Below are positions 30,580 through 40,031 of a stretch of 64,000 nt of DNA, piece by piece. The DNA lies in assembly GCA_002320815.1 (NCBI GenBank), contig DCLA01000020.1:3497-67496 (forward strand), given 5' to 3'. The position numbers and the translations under genes were made by a program. Below the pieces are notes generated by a model that worked only from the letters and a program-made list of their open reading frames with translations, was not told the origin of the DNA and made no database searches. The stretch is from Myxococcales bacterium UBA1660. GTDB taxonomy: Bacteria > Myxococcota_A > Polyangia > Polyangiales > Houyiibacteriaceae. Within the stretch, counting starts at the first letter, position 1. Each line of letters opens with the position of its first letter.

Positions 30580-31497
30580 ATGACCGAAGCCGCGCGCAAG
30601 CCGGTGACTCTTCCGATGCTCCGTCGCATGAAGGCGAAGGGACAGAAGATCACCATGGTGACCGCCTACGATGCCACCTTCGCCCGGATGATCGACGAGG
30701 CAGGGGCCGACATCCTGCTCGTCGGCGACTCCCTGGGCATGGTGGTCCAGGGGCTGGACACCACGCTCCCGGTCACCGTCGAGGAGATCGCCTACCACAC
30801 CCGGGCCGTCGCCCGGGGCACCCGCGCGGCGCACATCGTCGCCGACATGCCCTTCCTGAGCCACCAGGTCAGCGGGGAGGAGGCCCTGCGCAACGCGGGC
30901 AAGCTGCTCGCCATCGGCGGCGCCCACGCGGTGAAGATCGAGGGCGGCGTGAGCGCCGCGCCCACCATCCGCCGCATCGTCGAGGCGGGGATCCCGGTCA
31001 TGGGCCACGTGGGCCTCACCCCCCAGAGCGTGCACGCCATGGGCGGCTTCCGGGTGCAGGGCAAGACCGAGGACGCCGCCGCCCGGGTCCTCGCCGACGC
31101 GCGCGCCGTCGCCGAGGCGGGGGCCTACGCCGTGGTCCTGGAGGGCGTCCCCAGCGACCTGGCCGCCGAGGTCACCGCGGCCCTGGACGTCCCCACCATC
31201 GGCATCGGCGCCGGCCCCGACTGCGATGGCCAGGTGCTGGTCTGCTACGACCTCCTGGGGCTCACGCCGGATCTCAAGCCCCGCTTCGTGAAGCGCTACG
31301 CCGAGCTCTTCGAGAGCGGCAAGGCCGCCGTCGCCGCCTACTGCGACGAGGTCCGCCAGGGCGCCTTCCCCGCCGCCGAGCACGGGTTCGGCGAGGTGAA
31401 GCGCGGCGCCCCGCGCTCGGTGGTGCAGCCCATCGCGAACCCCGAGGTCACCGTTCCGGCCGCGAGCCGCTTCGGGACCTACGGGCCTCAGGCCTGA
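30580..31497 (+). CDS. panB: 3-methyl-2-oxobutanoate hydroxymethyltransferase
   Basis: [46 protein letters not shown]. Confidence 0.97.
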   Translation: MTEAARKPVTLPMLRRMKAKGQKITMVTAYDATFARMIDEAGADILLVGDSLGMVVQGLDTTLPVTVEEIAYHTRAVARGTRAAHIVADMPFLSHQVSGEEALRNAGKLLAIGGAHAVKIEGGVSAAPTIRRIVEAGIPVMGHVGLTPQSVHAMGGFRVQGKTEDAAARVLADARAVAEAGAYAVVLEGVPSDLAAEVTAALDVPTIGIGAGPDCDGQVLVCYDLLGLTPDLKPRFVKRYAELFESGKAAVAAYCDEVRQGAFPAAEHGFGEVKRGAPRSVVQPIANPEVTVPAASRFGTYGPQA

Positions 31498-31501
31498 GCC
31501 C

Positions 31502-32374
31502 ATGACGCCCACCGTCCTCGAGACCCCCCCGGCCTTCCGGGAGGCCACCGACGCGCTGCGGGCCGAGGGGCACGTGGTGGGCCTGGTGCCGACCATGGGC
31601 GCCCTCCACCCCGGGCACCTCGCCCTGGTGGCGGAGGCGCGCCGCCGCGGGGCCACGAAGGTGGCGGTGACCATCTTCGTGAACCCCCTGCAGTTCGACC
31701 GCGCCGACGACCTGGAGCGCTACCCGCGCACCTTCGAGGCCGACCTGGCCGCGTGCGCGGAGGTGGGCGTGGACCTGGTCTTCGCGCCGGCGCCGGGGAG
31801 CATGTACCCCGAAGGCTTCCAGACCCACGTCGAGGTGGGCGAGCTCAGCCGAGCCCTCGAGGGCGCCCACCGCCCCGGTCACTTCCAGGGCGTGACCACC
31901 GTGGTCACCAAGCTCCTCTTGGCCTGCGGTCCCTGCGTGGCCGTCTTCGGACGCAAGGACTACCAGCAGTGGCGGATCCTGGAGCGGATGGCGCGCGATC
32001 TGGGGATCCCGGCCACCATCGTCGGTCACCCCATCGTCCGCGAGCGCGACGGCCTGGCGATGTCCTCGCGCAATCGGCTCCTCCCGCCCGCCGACCGGGA
32101 GCGCGCGCTGGCCATCGCCGCCGGCCTCCGCGCCGCGGGGGAAGCCTGGGAGCGCGGCGAGCGCGACGCGGCGACCCTGCGGCAGCACGTGCTGACGCCG
32201 GTCGAGGTCGCCTTCGACCGGGTGGACTACGTGTTCCTGGTGGACCCCGAGACTCTGCGCGAGAGCGAGGGCCCCGTCGACCGCGGGCTCCTGGTGGTCG
32301 CCGGCCACCTCGGCCCCGTTCGCCTCATCGACAACCTGGAGCTGGGCGTCGACCCGCTGCCCGTCACGGGCTGA
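31502..32374 (+). CDS. panC: Pantoate-beta-alanine ligase
   Basis: VPTMGALHPGH, FVNPLQF, YPRT, RPGHFQGV, FGRKDYQQ, GLAMSSRN, RLIDN. Confidence 0.97.
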   Translation: MTPTVLETPPAFREATDALRAEGHVVGLVPTMGALHPGHLALVAEARRRGATKVAVTIFVNPLQFDRADDLERYPRTFEADLAACAEVGVDLVFAPAPGSMYPEGFQTHVEVGELSRALEGAHRPGHFQGVTTVVTKLLLACGPCVAVFGRKDYQQWRILERMARDLGIPATIVGHPIVRERDGLAMSSRNRLLPPADRERALAIAAGLRAAGEAWERGERDAATLRQHVLTPVEVAFDRVDYVFLVDPETLRESEGPVDRGLLVVAGHLGPVRLIDNLELGVDPLPVTG

Positions 32375-34601
32375 GAACGATCTCGCCGCCCTCGGTGGGC
32401 ACCGGTCGCGTCTCGCGGACCTCGCGCCCCTCGACCTGCGCGCGGAGCCGGAGCTCCCGACCCACCGGGAGCCGCTGCAGCGTGACCGGCGACGTGCCGT
32501 GGTCGACCCCATCGACCCAGACCTGGCCACCCGCGGGCTCGGTCCGAACCGTCACGTCGACGCGGATGGGCACCAGCACGGCGATCTGACTCACCGGAGC
32601 GCCGGCGCGCGCCTCGTACTGGCTGCTCCAGGCCTCGTAGCCGTCGAGCTGCACTTGCACCATGTAGGTCTGTCCGGCCTCGATGCCGTCCTCGACCACC
32701 AGCGGCGTGGTCCCGGTGCGCTGCTCCCCGCCGAAGAAGACCCTCGCCCCCGGCGGCACGGAGCGCACCTCCAACCGCGGCGGCGCCTCCACCGGCGTCG
32801 CCAGAGAGCGCACCGCGAACACGGCCGCCACCACCAGCGCGGCCAGCGCCAGGCCGATGAACCACTTGCGCCGTGACTTGCGGGCCGCGACGTCCTGCAT
32901 CGCGGCGAGCTGGAAGGTGTCCACCGAAGCCGCCGAGGGCCGCGGCTGGACGCCGCCCTGCCCTTCGGTCCCATCCTGCCAGCTCAGGTCCGGGAGCTGG
33001 CCCGGGGCCACCGAGGGTCCGCTGCCGGCCGTGGGCGGCCCCGGAGGCCACACGGAGGCAGCGCTGGGTCGCGGCGGGGGCGGCGCGGGCGGCGGCGCGC
33101 TGATCCGTGCCGGCCCTGGGGGCGGACCGAGCCGGGCCGCGGCCAGGGCCCCCGACGTCGGCGGAGGCGGGGGAACGGAACGCGGCGCGCGGTCGTCCGC
33201 CAGGACGTGGGCCGGGATCTCGTCCCGGTCCCGGGGGATGGTCGCCTCCTCCGACGCTGGCGCCTGCCGGTTCTTCTCCGCAACCTGCCGCTCGAGTAGG
33301 CCGCGCATCCGGTCCATCAGGTCGTCGGAGTCGTCGACGACCGTCGCGTCCTCCCAGGTCGAGTCCTCGGGCGCGCCAATCGGCGTGGTGGAGGCCTCGG
33401 ACGGGACCTCCCGAGAGGTGGACTCGTCTTCCCAGCTCCCCGACTGCCGCGCCTTGCGACGCGCCGCGACAGCCTTGGGAAGCTGCGCGCTGGTCTGCTC
33501 GTCGCCGAAGTCCGCGCCGAGATCGAAGATCACGCTCTTGGCCGGGTCCGGCCGGAACTCCTCCGCGCGCATCACCTCCGAGCTCGGCGGACCGGTGGGG
33601 GTCTGCGCGGTGTGGATCGACGAGAGCACCTTGGCGCTGCTGGACGGTAGGCTGGCCGCCGAGCCGGCGGAGGTGCGCTCGGTGGCGAAGAGCTGGGCCA
33701 TGAGCCCCGCCAGCCGCGCGGGGGTGAACGAGGGCAGGTGCCCGTAGAGGAACTGGGTGAGCGCCTGACCGAAGTCGTGGGCCGAGCCGTAGCGCTCCTC
33801 GGGATGCTTCGCGAGGGCGCGCATCACGATCTCGTCGAGCTCCGGCGGGACCTCCGGGCGCAGCTTGGACGGCCGCGGGATCTCGGCCTTGCGCACCCGG
33901 TCGAGGAGCTTGGGGAGGTTGTCCTCCTCGTAGACCATGCGGCCGGTCAGGAGCTCGTGGAGCACGATCCCGGTGGAGAAGATGTCGCTCCGGTGGTCCA
34001 CCGGGTCGGCCCAGGCCTGCTCGGGGGACATGTAGTAGTACTTGCCCTTGATGACCCCGACCTCGGTGTTCGCGCTCCGCAGGGCGGCCTTGGCGATCCC
34101 GAAGTCGACGATCTTCACCTCGCCGGCGAAGGAGACCAGCACGTTCTGCGGCGAGATGTCCCGATGGACGATGCGCAGCGGGGCCCCGGTCATGTCCCGC
34201 TTGCGGTGGGCGTAGTCCAGGCCCTGGCACATCTCGCTGGCGATGTAGGCGCAGAGGTCGAGGGGCACCTGGGCGGGTCGCTCGGCCGCGCGCTTCAGGA
34301 GCTTGTAGGCGTCCGCGCCCTCCACCAGCTCCATCACGATGAAGTAGGTATCGTCGATGCAGCCCAGGTCGAAGGTCTGGGCGACGTTCACGTGGGTCAG
34401 GAGGACCGAGAGCTTGGCCTCCTCCACCAGCATCTGGACGAAGTGATCGTCCTCCGAGTAGCGCGGGTGGATGACCTTGATGGCCACCAGCTTCTCGAAG
34501 CCACCGATGCCCTTGGCCTTCGCCACGTAGACCTCGGCCATGCCACCCACCGCCAGACGGCGTTGGAGGGTGTACGGCCCGAAGGGCCGGGGCAGGTCCA
34601 T
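32364..34601 (-). CDS. Ser/Thr protein kinase with Pro-rich linker, TM and two PEGA domains
   Basis: LAVGGMAEVY, VAIK, HRDISPQN, DFGIAK, YMSPEQ; TM then LEVRSVPPGA and VRTEPAGG..WVDG PEGA repeats. Confidence 0.92.
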   Translation of the reverse strand: MDLPRPFGPYTLQRRLAVGGMAEVYVAKAKGIGGFEKLVAIKVIHPRYSEDDHFVQMLVEEAKLSVLLTHVNVAQTFDLGCIDDTYFIVMELVEGADAYKLLKRAAERPAQVPLDLCAYIASEMCQGLDYAHRKRDMTGAPLRIVHRDISPQNVLVSFAGEVKIVDFGIAKAALRSANTEVGVIKGKYYYMSPEQAWADPVDHRSDIFSTGIVLHELLTGRMVYEEDNLPKLLDRVRKAEIPRPSKLRPEVPPELDEIVMRALAKHPEERYGSAHDFGQALTQFLYGHLPSFTPARLAGLMAQLFATERTSAGSAASLPSSSAKVLSSIHTAQTPTGPPSSEVMRAEEFRPDPAKSVIFDLGADFGDEQTSAQLPKAVAARRKARQSGSWEDESTSREVPSEASTTPIGAPEDSTWEDATVVDDSDDLMDRMRGLLERQVAEKNRQAPASEEATIPRDRDEIPAHVLADDRAPRSVPPPPPTSGALAAARLGPPPGPARISAPPPAPPPPRPSAASVWPPGPPTAGSGPSVAPGQLPDLSWQDGTEGQGGVQPRPSAASVDTFQLAAMQDVAARKSRRKWFIGLALAALVVAAVFAVRSLATPVEAPPRLEVRSVPPGARVFFGGEQRTGTTPLVVEDGIEAGQTYMVQVQLDGYEAWSSQYEARAGAPVSQIAVLVPIRVDVTVRTEPAGGQVWVDGVDHGTSPVTLQRLPVGRELRLRAQVEGREVRETRPVPTEGGEIVLSP

Positions 34602-34757
34602 GGAGTCGCGGAGCGGCAAAGGTCGAGGCGACGCGCGAGGCCACCGGACGGAACGGCGGGGGGAATCCTACGCGGCGCGAAAGAGTGTGGGGAGGGAGAG
34701 GATACCCCGGCGAGCGAGCCGAGGTCCAAGATCGGCACCGAGGCCGGGCGCCAGGTG

Positions 34758-35300
34758 TCAGCGCCGTCGCTTGGCGACGTACTCGTCGCTGACCGCCGTC
34801 ACGAGCTGGGCGACGATCCCGTCGGCCACCCGGAGCCGACGGCTGAGTTCCCGGGCGATGTTCATGAGGAAGAGCGAGTAGGTCTTCAGATCCCGCCGGT
34901 AGAGGAGCTGATCCACGTGCTCGTTGGTGATCTTCACCAGCATCGTGGGCGCCACGGCGCGGACGGTGGCCGAGCGCGGGGCCGGCTCCAGGATGGACAT
35001 CTCGCCGAACCAGTCGCCGGGTCCGAAGAGGGCCACCCGGGCCTCGCCGCCGCTGCGGCTCTCTTTGACCACCTCGAGCTCGCCGCCGACCACGATGAAC
35101 ATCTCGCGGGAGGTGCCGCCCTCTTCGACGATCACCTCGCCGGTCTCGACCGTGAGCGTGGGAAGCTCCCGGGCCAGCAGGCTCAGCGTCTCGTCGTCCA
35201 GGCCGCCGAAGACGCCGACGTCGCCGAGCATCTGAGCGGTGATTCGCGGGCCTCGGGCCCGTTCCGTGTCGCGGTGCGGAGTTTCGGTGTCGCTCGCCAT
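34758..35300 (-). CDS. Cyclic-nucleotide-binding domain protein (no HTH)
   Basis: GEVIVEEG..MFIVVGGELEV..FGPGDWFGEMSIL..PRSATVRA. Confidence 0.88.
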   Translation of the reverse strand: MASDTETPHRDTERARGPRITAQMLGDVGVFGGLDDETLSLLARELPTLTVETGEVIVEEGGTSREMFIVVGGELEVVKESRSGGEARVALFGPGDWFGEMSILEPAPRSATVRAVAPTMLVKITNEHVDQLLYRRDLKTYSLFLMNIARELSRRLRVADGIVAQLVTAVSDEYVAKRRR

Positions 35301-35358
35301 GATTGCCTCTCGGTCTCATACCACGAGGCGCGGCGCAGCGACTAGGACGCGCGAACGT

Positions 35359-36213
35359 TCAGAGCACGCGCTCGGGGATCCAAGTGCCCCGGTTCTCTTC
35401 GCGCTCTTTGTAGGCCTCGAGGATGATCGTCGCCGTCTCCTCGATCGCCCGGTTGCTCACGTTGACCACCATCCAGTCGGGGTGCTGCTTGAAGAGCCCG
35501 TGGGCGAAGTCCAGCTCGGCCTTCACGTGCTCGCGCATCCCGTAGTTGGCGTCGACGGGCATCCCCAGCTGCTTCAGGCGCTCCTTGCGGATCTCCAGGA
35601 GCAGATCGACGTCGATGGTCAGGGCCACGACCTTGTGCTCGGGGACCTCGTGGAGCTCCTTGGGCGGGTCCACGCCGTAGACCAGGGGCACGTTGGCCAC
35701 CTTGAGCCCCCGGCCGGCCAGGTAGGTCGACAGCGGGGTCTTGCTGGTCCGGCTGACCCCGGTGAGCACCAGGTCGGCCTTGCGCAGGTTCCGCGGCTCC
35801 TTGCCGTCGTCGCTCTTCACCGCGAACTCGATGGCCTCGACCCGGCGGAAATACTCCTCCGAGAGCGACATCTGGGCGGTGGGGATGTTCAGCGGCGTCG
35901 ACTCCAGGAAGCCGGCCACCTTGTGGATGAGCGACCCGATCACGTCCACGACCTCGACCTGGTGCTGGCGCGCCTGCTCGAAGAAGTAGTCGCGGAGCTC
36001 CGGCCGGACCAAGGTGAAGACGATCATCGCCTCGGCCTCCTTGGCCTTGGCGAGGACGTCGCGGACGGAGGACTCGTCGCGGACCCGGGTGAAGAGCCGC
36101 ACCCGCACCCGCTGGTCGGGGAACTGGAGCAGCGCGGCCCGGACGACTCGCTCGGCGGTCTCGCCGGTGGAGTCGCTGACCACGTAGATCGGTCGTCGCT
36201 GAGTCGCCGTCAT
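35359..36213 (-). CDS. ppsR: PEP synthase / PPDK regulatory kinase-pyrophosphorylase (DUF299)
   Basis: VVSDSTGETAE, FAVKSDDG, GVSRTSKTPLSTYLA, AIEETA. Confidence 0.9.
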   Translation of the reverse strand: MTATQRRPIYVVSDSTGETAERVVRAALLQFPDQRVRVRLFTRVRDESSVRDVLAKAKEAEAMIVFTLVRPELRDYFFEQARQHQVEVVDVIGSLIHKVAGFLESTPLNIPTAQMSLSEEYFRRVEAIEFAVKSDDGKEPRNLRKADLVLTGVSRTSKTPLSTYLAGRGLKVANVPLVYGVDPPKELHEVPEHKVVALTIDVDLLLEIRKERLKQLGMPVDANYGMREHVKAELDFAHGLFKQHPDWMVVNVSNRAIEETATIILEAYKEREENRGTWIPERVL

Positions 36214-36301
36214 GGGGCCTCTCATACCACGGGGAGAAACGACACGGCCCCCGCACGGCGGCTGCCGGGGCGGGGGCGCGGGATCTCCACCGGGGAGGGA
36301 C

Positions 36302-36445
36302 TCAGCCGTTGCGCTTCAGCTTGCGGCCGAGCGTGCGCTTGTGCATGCGGTTCACGCGACGGCGGTTCTTGGCCTTGTGCTTGGCGTTGCGACGAGCGGT
36401 CTTGGACCGCTTGGAGGAGTTCTTCTGGCCGATGGGCAAGTACAT
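36302..36445 (-). CDS. Small Lys/Arg-rich protein (47 aa), not in the ORF track
   Basis: Manual translation MYLPIGQKNSSKRSKTARRNAKHKAKNRRRVNRMHKRTLGRKLKRNG*; strong codon bias (AAG, CGC/CGT, AAC). Confidence 0.7.
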   Translation of the reverse strand: MYLPIGQKNSSKRSKTARRNAKHKAKNRRRVNRMHKRTLGRKLKRNG

Positions 36446-36565
36446 GGTGCCCGCTCGATAGCCGACGGAGGGATGGCTCGCAAGTCGATCCGGCTCGGAA
36501 AACGCACCGCGTTCCCCTGATCTCGCACGGTCCTGAGCGGACGAGCGAACGACCCCGGACGGAAC

Positions 36566-36601
36566 GAGAAAGCCCCCGCCGGAGTCCGGCGAGGGCTTCT
36601 C
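36566..36601 (-). terminator. Intrinsic terminator downstream of the Cys-rich lipoprotein
   Basis: gagaaagcccccgccgga-g-tccggcgagggcttctc inverted repeat, U-rich tail on minus strand. Confidence 0.7.
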
Positions 36602-36631
36602 GAAGGTGGGCCGCTCAGCGGCCCTACTGGC

Positions 36632-38194
36632 TCACTCGGGAACGCACTCGGCGTTCGCGGTGCCGGCCATGGAGCAGCGCTCGCCGGTGCGGCAGTCGGC
36701 GTCAGCCGAGCAGCCCGGGAAGCAGCCCTTGGTGGTGGCGGTGATGTCCACGCAGCCAAGGCCGGCAGCGCAGGTGTCCGCGGTGGTGCAGGTCTCGAGG
36801 CAGAGCGCGAAGGTCGGGTCCTCTTCGTCGAAGCTGACGCAGAAGCCGCTGTCGCCGCAGACGTTGGCGTCGGCGGGGGTGCCCTCGGTGAACCACGGCG
36901 CGCCGCAGTTGCTCACGGTGCAGTAGCCGTTCGGGAAGGAGGTGTTCCGGAGGCAGCGACCCACGCCGAAGGGCGAGAAGCAGTCCGAATCGGCCTCACA
37001 CTCGTCGCCGGTGTTCGGCGCGGTGACCTCGGGGTTGTACTCGACGGGGAGGCAAGCGCCGTTGTTGGCGACGCCACCGGCGCCCGCGCCGTCCCAGAAG
37101 CAGCCGTAACCGTCGCGGCAGGTGTCCTGCGCGGCGCCGTCGGCGGACCAGGTGCTGGGGTCGGAGGTGGTGTCGAAGCCACCCACGGTGCAGCCCTCGG
37201 TGCAGGCGAAGACGCCCAGACCGGACTCCTGGCACTTGCCGCCGTTGGCGCACTCGTTGCCGGGGAGGTCACAGCGGAGCTTGATGCAGTAGCCGCCGGG
37301 CCAGCTGCCGTCGTCGGGATCTTCCTCGATGCAGAAGCCCTCGGCCTCGCAGTCGGTGTCCGTGGTGCAGGTGTCACCGCCGGCGGCGGTGGGGTTGCTC
37401 GGGGCACCCACGCAGCGGAAGGTGTCGGGGTCGCACACGGCCTCCGACGTGGTGTCGTACACCAGGCGGTCGAAGTTGCCGCTGGGGGTGGCGCAAGCGG
37501 CCGGGTCGGCCGGGGTCTCGTCGCCGCAGTCGGCGGGGGTGCAGGCGGCCGGGGTCTCGCTGCACTCCGCGGCGGTCTGGAGACCGGGGATGCCGTTGCC
37601 CTCGACGCGAGAGATCCGACAGGAAGCGTCGGAGGTGCAGCCGTCGAGGCAGAACTCGCCGGAGAGGTTGCACTCGTAGCCGTCGCGGCAGCTGCCGTTG
37701 TCGGTCACGCTGGGCTCGCAGCTGGCGAGGCAGGTGCCGCCACCGTCGCCGAAGAGATCGACGCAGGTCGCACAGTCGCCGCAGAACTCCTCACCCTCGT
37801 CCGTGTCGGGCACGCACTCGGTGGGAAGACCGGGGAAGGACGTGGTGCAGTAGCCACCGGCAAAGAAGGTCGCCTGGTAGGTCGAGTCCTCACCGTCCGG
37901 GTGATCGGTGATGGGGTCGCTCGGTCCTCCCTGGGGGGGGATGGTGAACTCGAGACACTCGGCGCCTACGGTCGCGCAGCCGCGAACCTCGGTGCAGGCC
38001 GTACCGATGCCGCAGGAGGAGCCGCCCATGTCCGGGCCGGCGTCCACACCGAGATCCACTCCGCCGTCGCCCTCGGGCGTGTCAGCGTCCGTGCCCATGT
38101 CGAGTTCGAGCGTCGTGTCGTCGCCGTCGTCGTCACCACAACCGATGCCCGCCAAGGCGAGCATGGCCGTCAAGCCAATCATCCGCTTCATCAT
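36632..38194 (-). CDS. Large Cys-rich lipoprotein (surface/adhesin-like)
   Basis: Lipobox AGIGC; acidic linker; repeated GDxCxxDxDC and GGYC modules; SD GGAGG. Confidence 0.8.
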   Translation of the reverse strand: MMKRMIGLTAMLALAGIGCGDDDGDDTTLELDMGTDADTPEGDGGVDLGVDAGPDMGGSSCGIGTACTEVRGCATVGAECLEFTIPPQGGPSDPITDHPDGEDSTYQATFFAGGYCTTSFPGLPTECVPDTDEGEEFCGDCATCVDLFGDGGGTCLASCEPSVTDNGSCRDGYECNLSGEFCLDGCTSDASCRISRVEGNGIPGLQTAAECSETPAACTPADCGDETPADPAACATPSGNFDRLVYDTTSEAVCDPDTFRCVGAPSNPTAAGGDTCTTDTDCEAEGFCIEEDPDDGSWPGGYCIKLRCDLPGNECANGGKCQESGLGVFACTEGCTVGGFDTTSDPSTWSADGAAQDTCRDGYGCFWDGAGAGGVANNGACLPVEYNPEVTAPNTGDECEADSDCFSPFGVGRCLRNTSFPNGYCTVSNCGAPWFTEGTPADANVCGDSGFCVSFDEEDPTFALCLETCTTADTCAAGLGCVDITATTKGCFPGCSADADCRTGERCSMAGTANAECVPE

Positions 38195-38288
38195 TTCCTC
38201 CGAACCTTCGCCGCCCGGGGGAGGCGGCCCAAGAATGGGGCACCCGAAGGGGTAGCCCGTTTCGGCGAGGGAGCGCCGAGAACGACGC

Positions 38289-38317
38289 AACCTAGCGGGG
38301 GCCCCGAAGAGCGTCAA
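38289..38317 (-). promoter_or_regulatory. sigma70 promoter TTGACG-N17-TAGGTT of the Cys-rich lipoprotein
   Basis: Near-consensus hexamers at 17-nt spacing about 95 nt upstream of the ATG. Confidence 0.7.
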
Positions 38318-38341
38318 GCCGCCACCCACATGTGGGCCCGC

Positions 38342-39040
38342 TCACCGGCGGAGGAGACGTCGCAGCGCGTCGATGTACTCCGCCCGGGTGACGACGCCGG
38401 CGTCGATCAACGCGAGGAGGAGGGCCTCGTGGCGCTGCTCGGCGGTCGCCTCGTCCGTCAGGCGGTGGACCGGCGCCGTCCCCACGGAGGGGGCCGAGGA
38501 GGGGAGCCCCGACTCGCGCTTGTCGAGGCGCTGGGTGGCCTCGCCCTCGAGCGCCCCCGGGGGTTCGGAGGGCCGGAGGTCTTCCGGCCGACTCATCACG
38601 TGGGTGTCTCGACCGTAGACCTTGCGGATCGCGGCGCGCACGTCGCTGACGGTGGCCACCAGAGGCTCGATCTCCAGCCCGGCGATCTCACACACGGCGC
38701 GCACCGCGCGGCGGTCGAGGGGATCGGCGAAGGCCACCCGGAGGCGGCGGCCGCTCTCGTCCGGGGCGACGGGCACCATCAGGTGGCGGCGCGCCAGGGC
38801 TTCGGGCAACAGCTCCACCGAAGCGGGATCCAGCTCGCCCTGTTGGAGATCGACGACCATGGACCCGACGGCGCCGGCGACCAGCTCCGCGAGGCGGTCT
38901 TCCTCCACCAGCTCGGCGTCGACCAGATGCGCCGCGATGGACCACTCGTTGGCGCGGGCGGCAGCCACCCCTGCGGCCACGGGCCCGGAGAGCGCGCCTT
39001 CGCGTCGGAGGGCCTCTTCGATGTCCTCGACCGGCTCCAT
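38342..39040 (-). CDS. Stand-alone GspE/PilB N-terminal (T2SSE_N / MshEN-like) domain protein
   Basis: VELLPEALARRHLMVPV..LRVAFADPLD..IEPLVATVSDVRAAIRKVYG; no ATPase domain. Confidence 0.8.
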   Translation of the reverse strand: MEPVEDIEEALRREGALSGPVAAGVAAARANEWSIAAHLVDAELVEEDRLAELVAGAVGSMVVDLQQGELDPASVELLPEALARRHLMVPVAPDESGRRLRVAFADPLDRRAVRAVCEIAGLEIEPLVATVSDVRAAIRKVYGRDTHVMSRPEDLRPSEPPGALEGEATQRLDKRESGLPSSAPSVGTAPVHRLTDEATAEQRHEALLLALIDAGVVTRAEYIDALRRLLRR

Positions 39041-39070
39041 GCCCCCTTCTGGTCCCCGCCGGAGCGGTTC

Positions 39071-39091
39071 GCCCCCCGACGAGCGGGGGGC
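39071..39091 (-). terminator. Hairpin just downstream of the tRNA
   Basis: gcccccc-gacgagc-ggggggc. Confidence 0.45.
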
Positions 39092-39092
39092 T

Positions 39093-39169
39093 TGGCAGAC
39101 GCTAGAGGATTCGAACCTCTGACCTCCGCCTCCGGAGGGCGGCGCTCTATCCAGCTGAGCTAAGCGTCC
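39093..39169 (-). tRNA. tRNA-Arg(CCG)
   Basis: GGACGCT acceptor stem, D-loop AGCTGGATAG, anticodon arm ccgcc-ctCCGga-ggcgg, T-loop GTTCGAAT, encoded CCA; upstream TTGCCC-N17-TACAAG promoter. Confidence 0.97.
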
Positions 39170-39233
39170 GAGTCGGGCCCCTTGTACGACGGGTCGGCCC
39201 CGAGGGCAACCTCATACTGGAGCCCAGGCTAGC

Positions 39234-40031
39234 TCACGGGCTCGGGGGGGTCGACGGGCAGGCGTTGGAGCAAGCTCCGCTCAGGATCCAGGTCGTAGTC
39301 GCGCCGAGGACGGTTTCGCACCCATCGGGAAACTCCCCTGAACTCATCGCCTGATCAGTTTCTGGGGTCGAGTAGCTGAGCCCGTGGCAGTAGTCGTCGA
39401 CTCCCGAACCACCATCCAAACACTCGAAGTCGGACGCCGAGTCACCAGCATCTCCATACAGGGCGTCCGTTCCCTCGTAACCGCACAATACATCCATCGA
39501 GCCATCCTCGACCCAGAGGTTGTAGTACCCAGAGTAAGTATCCGCTTCGTGGTAGCTACTAATCATGCGATCGTCATTCGGCGAACCATAGAAGACATCA
39601 CTACCAGCGCCCAGCGCGCCGCTGATGCCAAACGAAAAAATCGTCGCCCATGGCCCGATCAAAGTCCCTCCGCAGGAGAACACAGGGTTACCGGACCGGT
39701 ACGTGTAGATCACATCGTCTCCACGGCCGGTTTCAAGAGTAATGGGGTCTACTGCGGTCGCATTACATGCCGACAATACGTGACTCGTCGACCCGCCCGC
39801 GGATGTGACGCACACCGCTGCCACCTTCTTGGGCTTCAGAATTGAGCCAACTAGGGTGTACTGCTGCCCCACCACGACCTCCAGATCGTCGGCACTCAGC
39901 GAGTAGTCGACATGTCCGCAGTTCTGCGCCCCTGCATCCGATGCATGCAATGAGAAAAGCGCTACCACCAGCGACGCCAAAATCCAAGAACCCAACTTGC
40001 ACCATGAAATATCACGATAATTTTTGATCAC
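39234..40031 (-). CDS. Low-GC orphan secreted protein with RTX-like Gly/Asp motifs and several Cys
   Basis: GTG start with SD AAGGAG; signal-like segment ending AGA-Q; TGRGDD, GAGSD, GYEGTDALYGDAG, LDGGSGVDDYC; atypical codon usage. Confidence 0.7.
   Translation of the reverse strand: MIKNYRDISWCKLGSWILASLVVALFSLHASDAGAQNCGHVDYSLSADDLEVVVGQQYTLVGSILKPKKVAAVCVTSAGGSTSHVLSACNATAVDPITLETGRGDDVIYTYRSGNPVFSCGGTLIGPWATIFSFGISGALGAGSDVFYGSPNDDRMISSYHEADTYSGYYNLWVEDGSMDVLCGYEGTDALYGDAGDSASDFECLDGGSGVDDYCHGLSYSTPETDQAMSSGEFPDGCETVLGATTTWILSGACSNACPSTPPSP

Noticed and set aside
36632-38194. TraA-like kin-recognition receptor
   Set aside because: Lipobox rather than MYXO-CTERM anchor, no recognisable PA14-like variable domain, no adjacent traB/OmpA gene
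38200-38290. c-di-GMP riboswitch upstream of the Cys-rich lipoprotein
   Set aside because: Hairpins are present but the conserved GEMM core and GNRA/receptor arrangement are not recognisable on the coding strand
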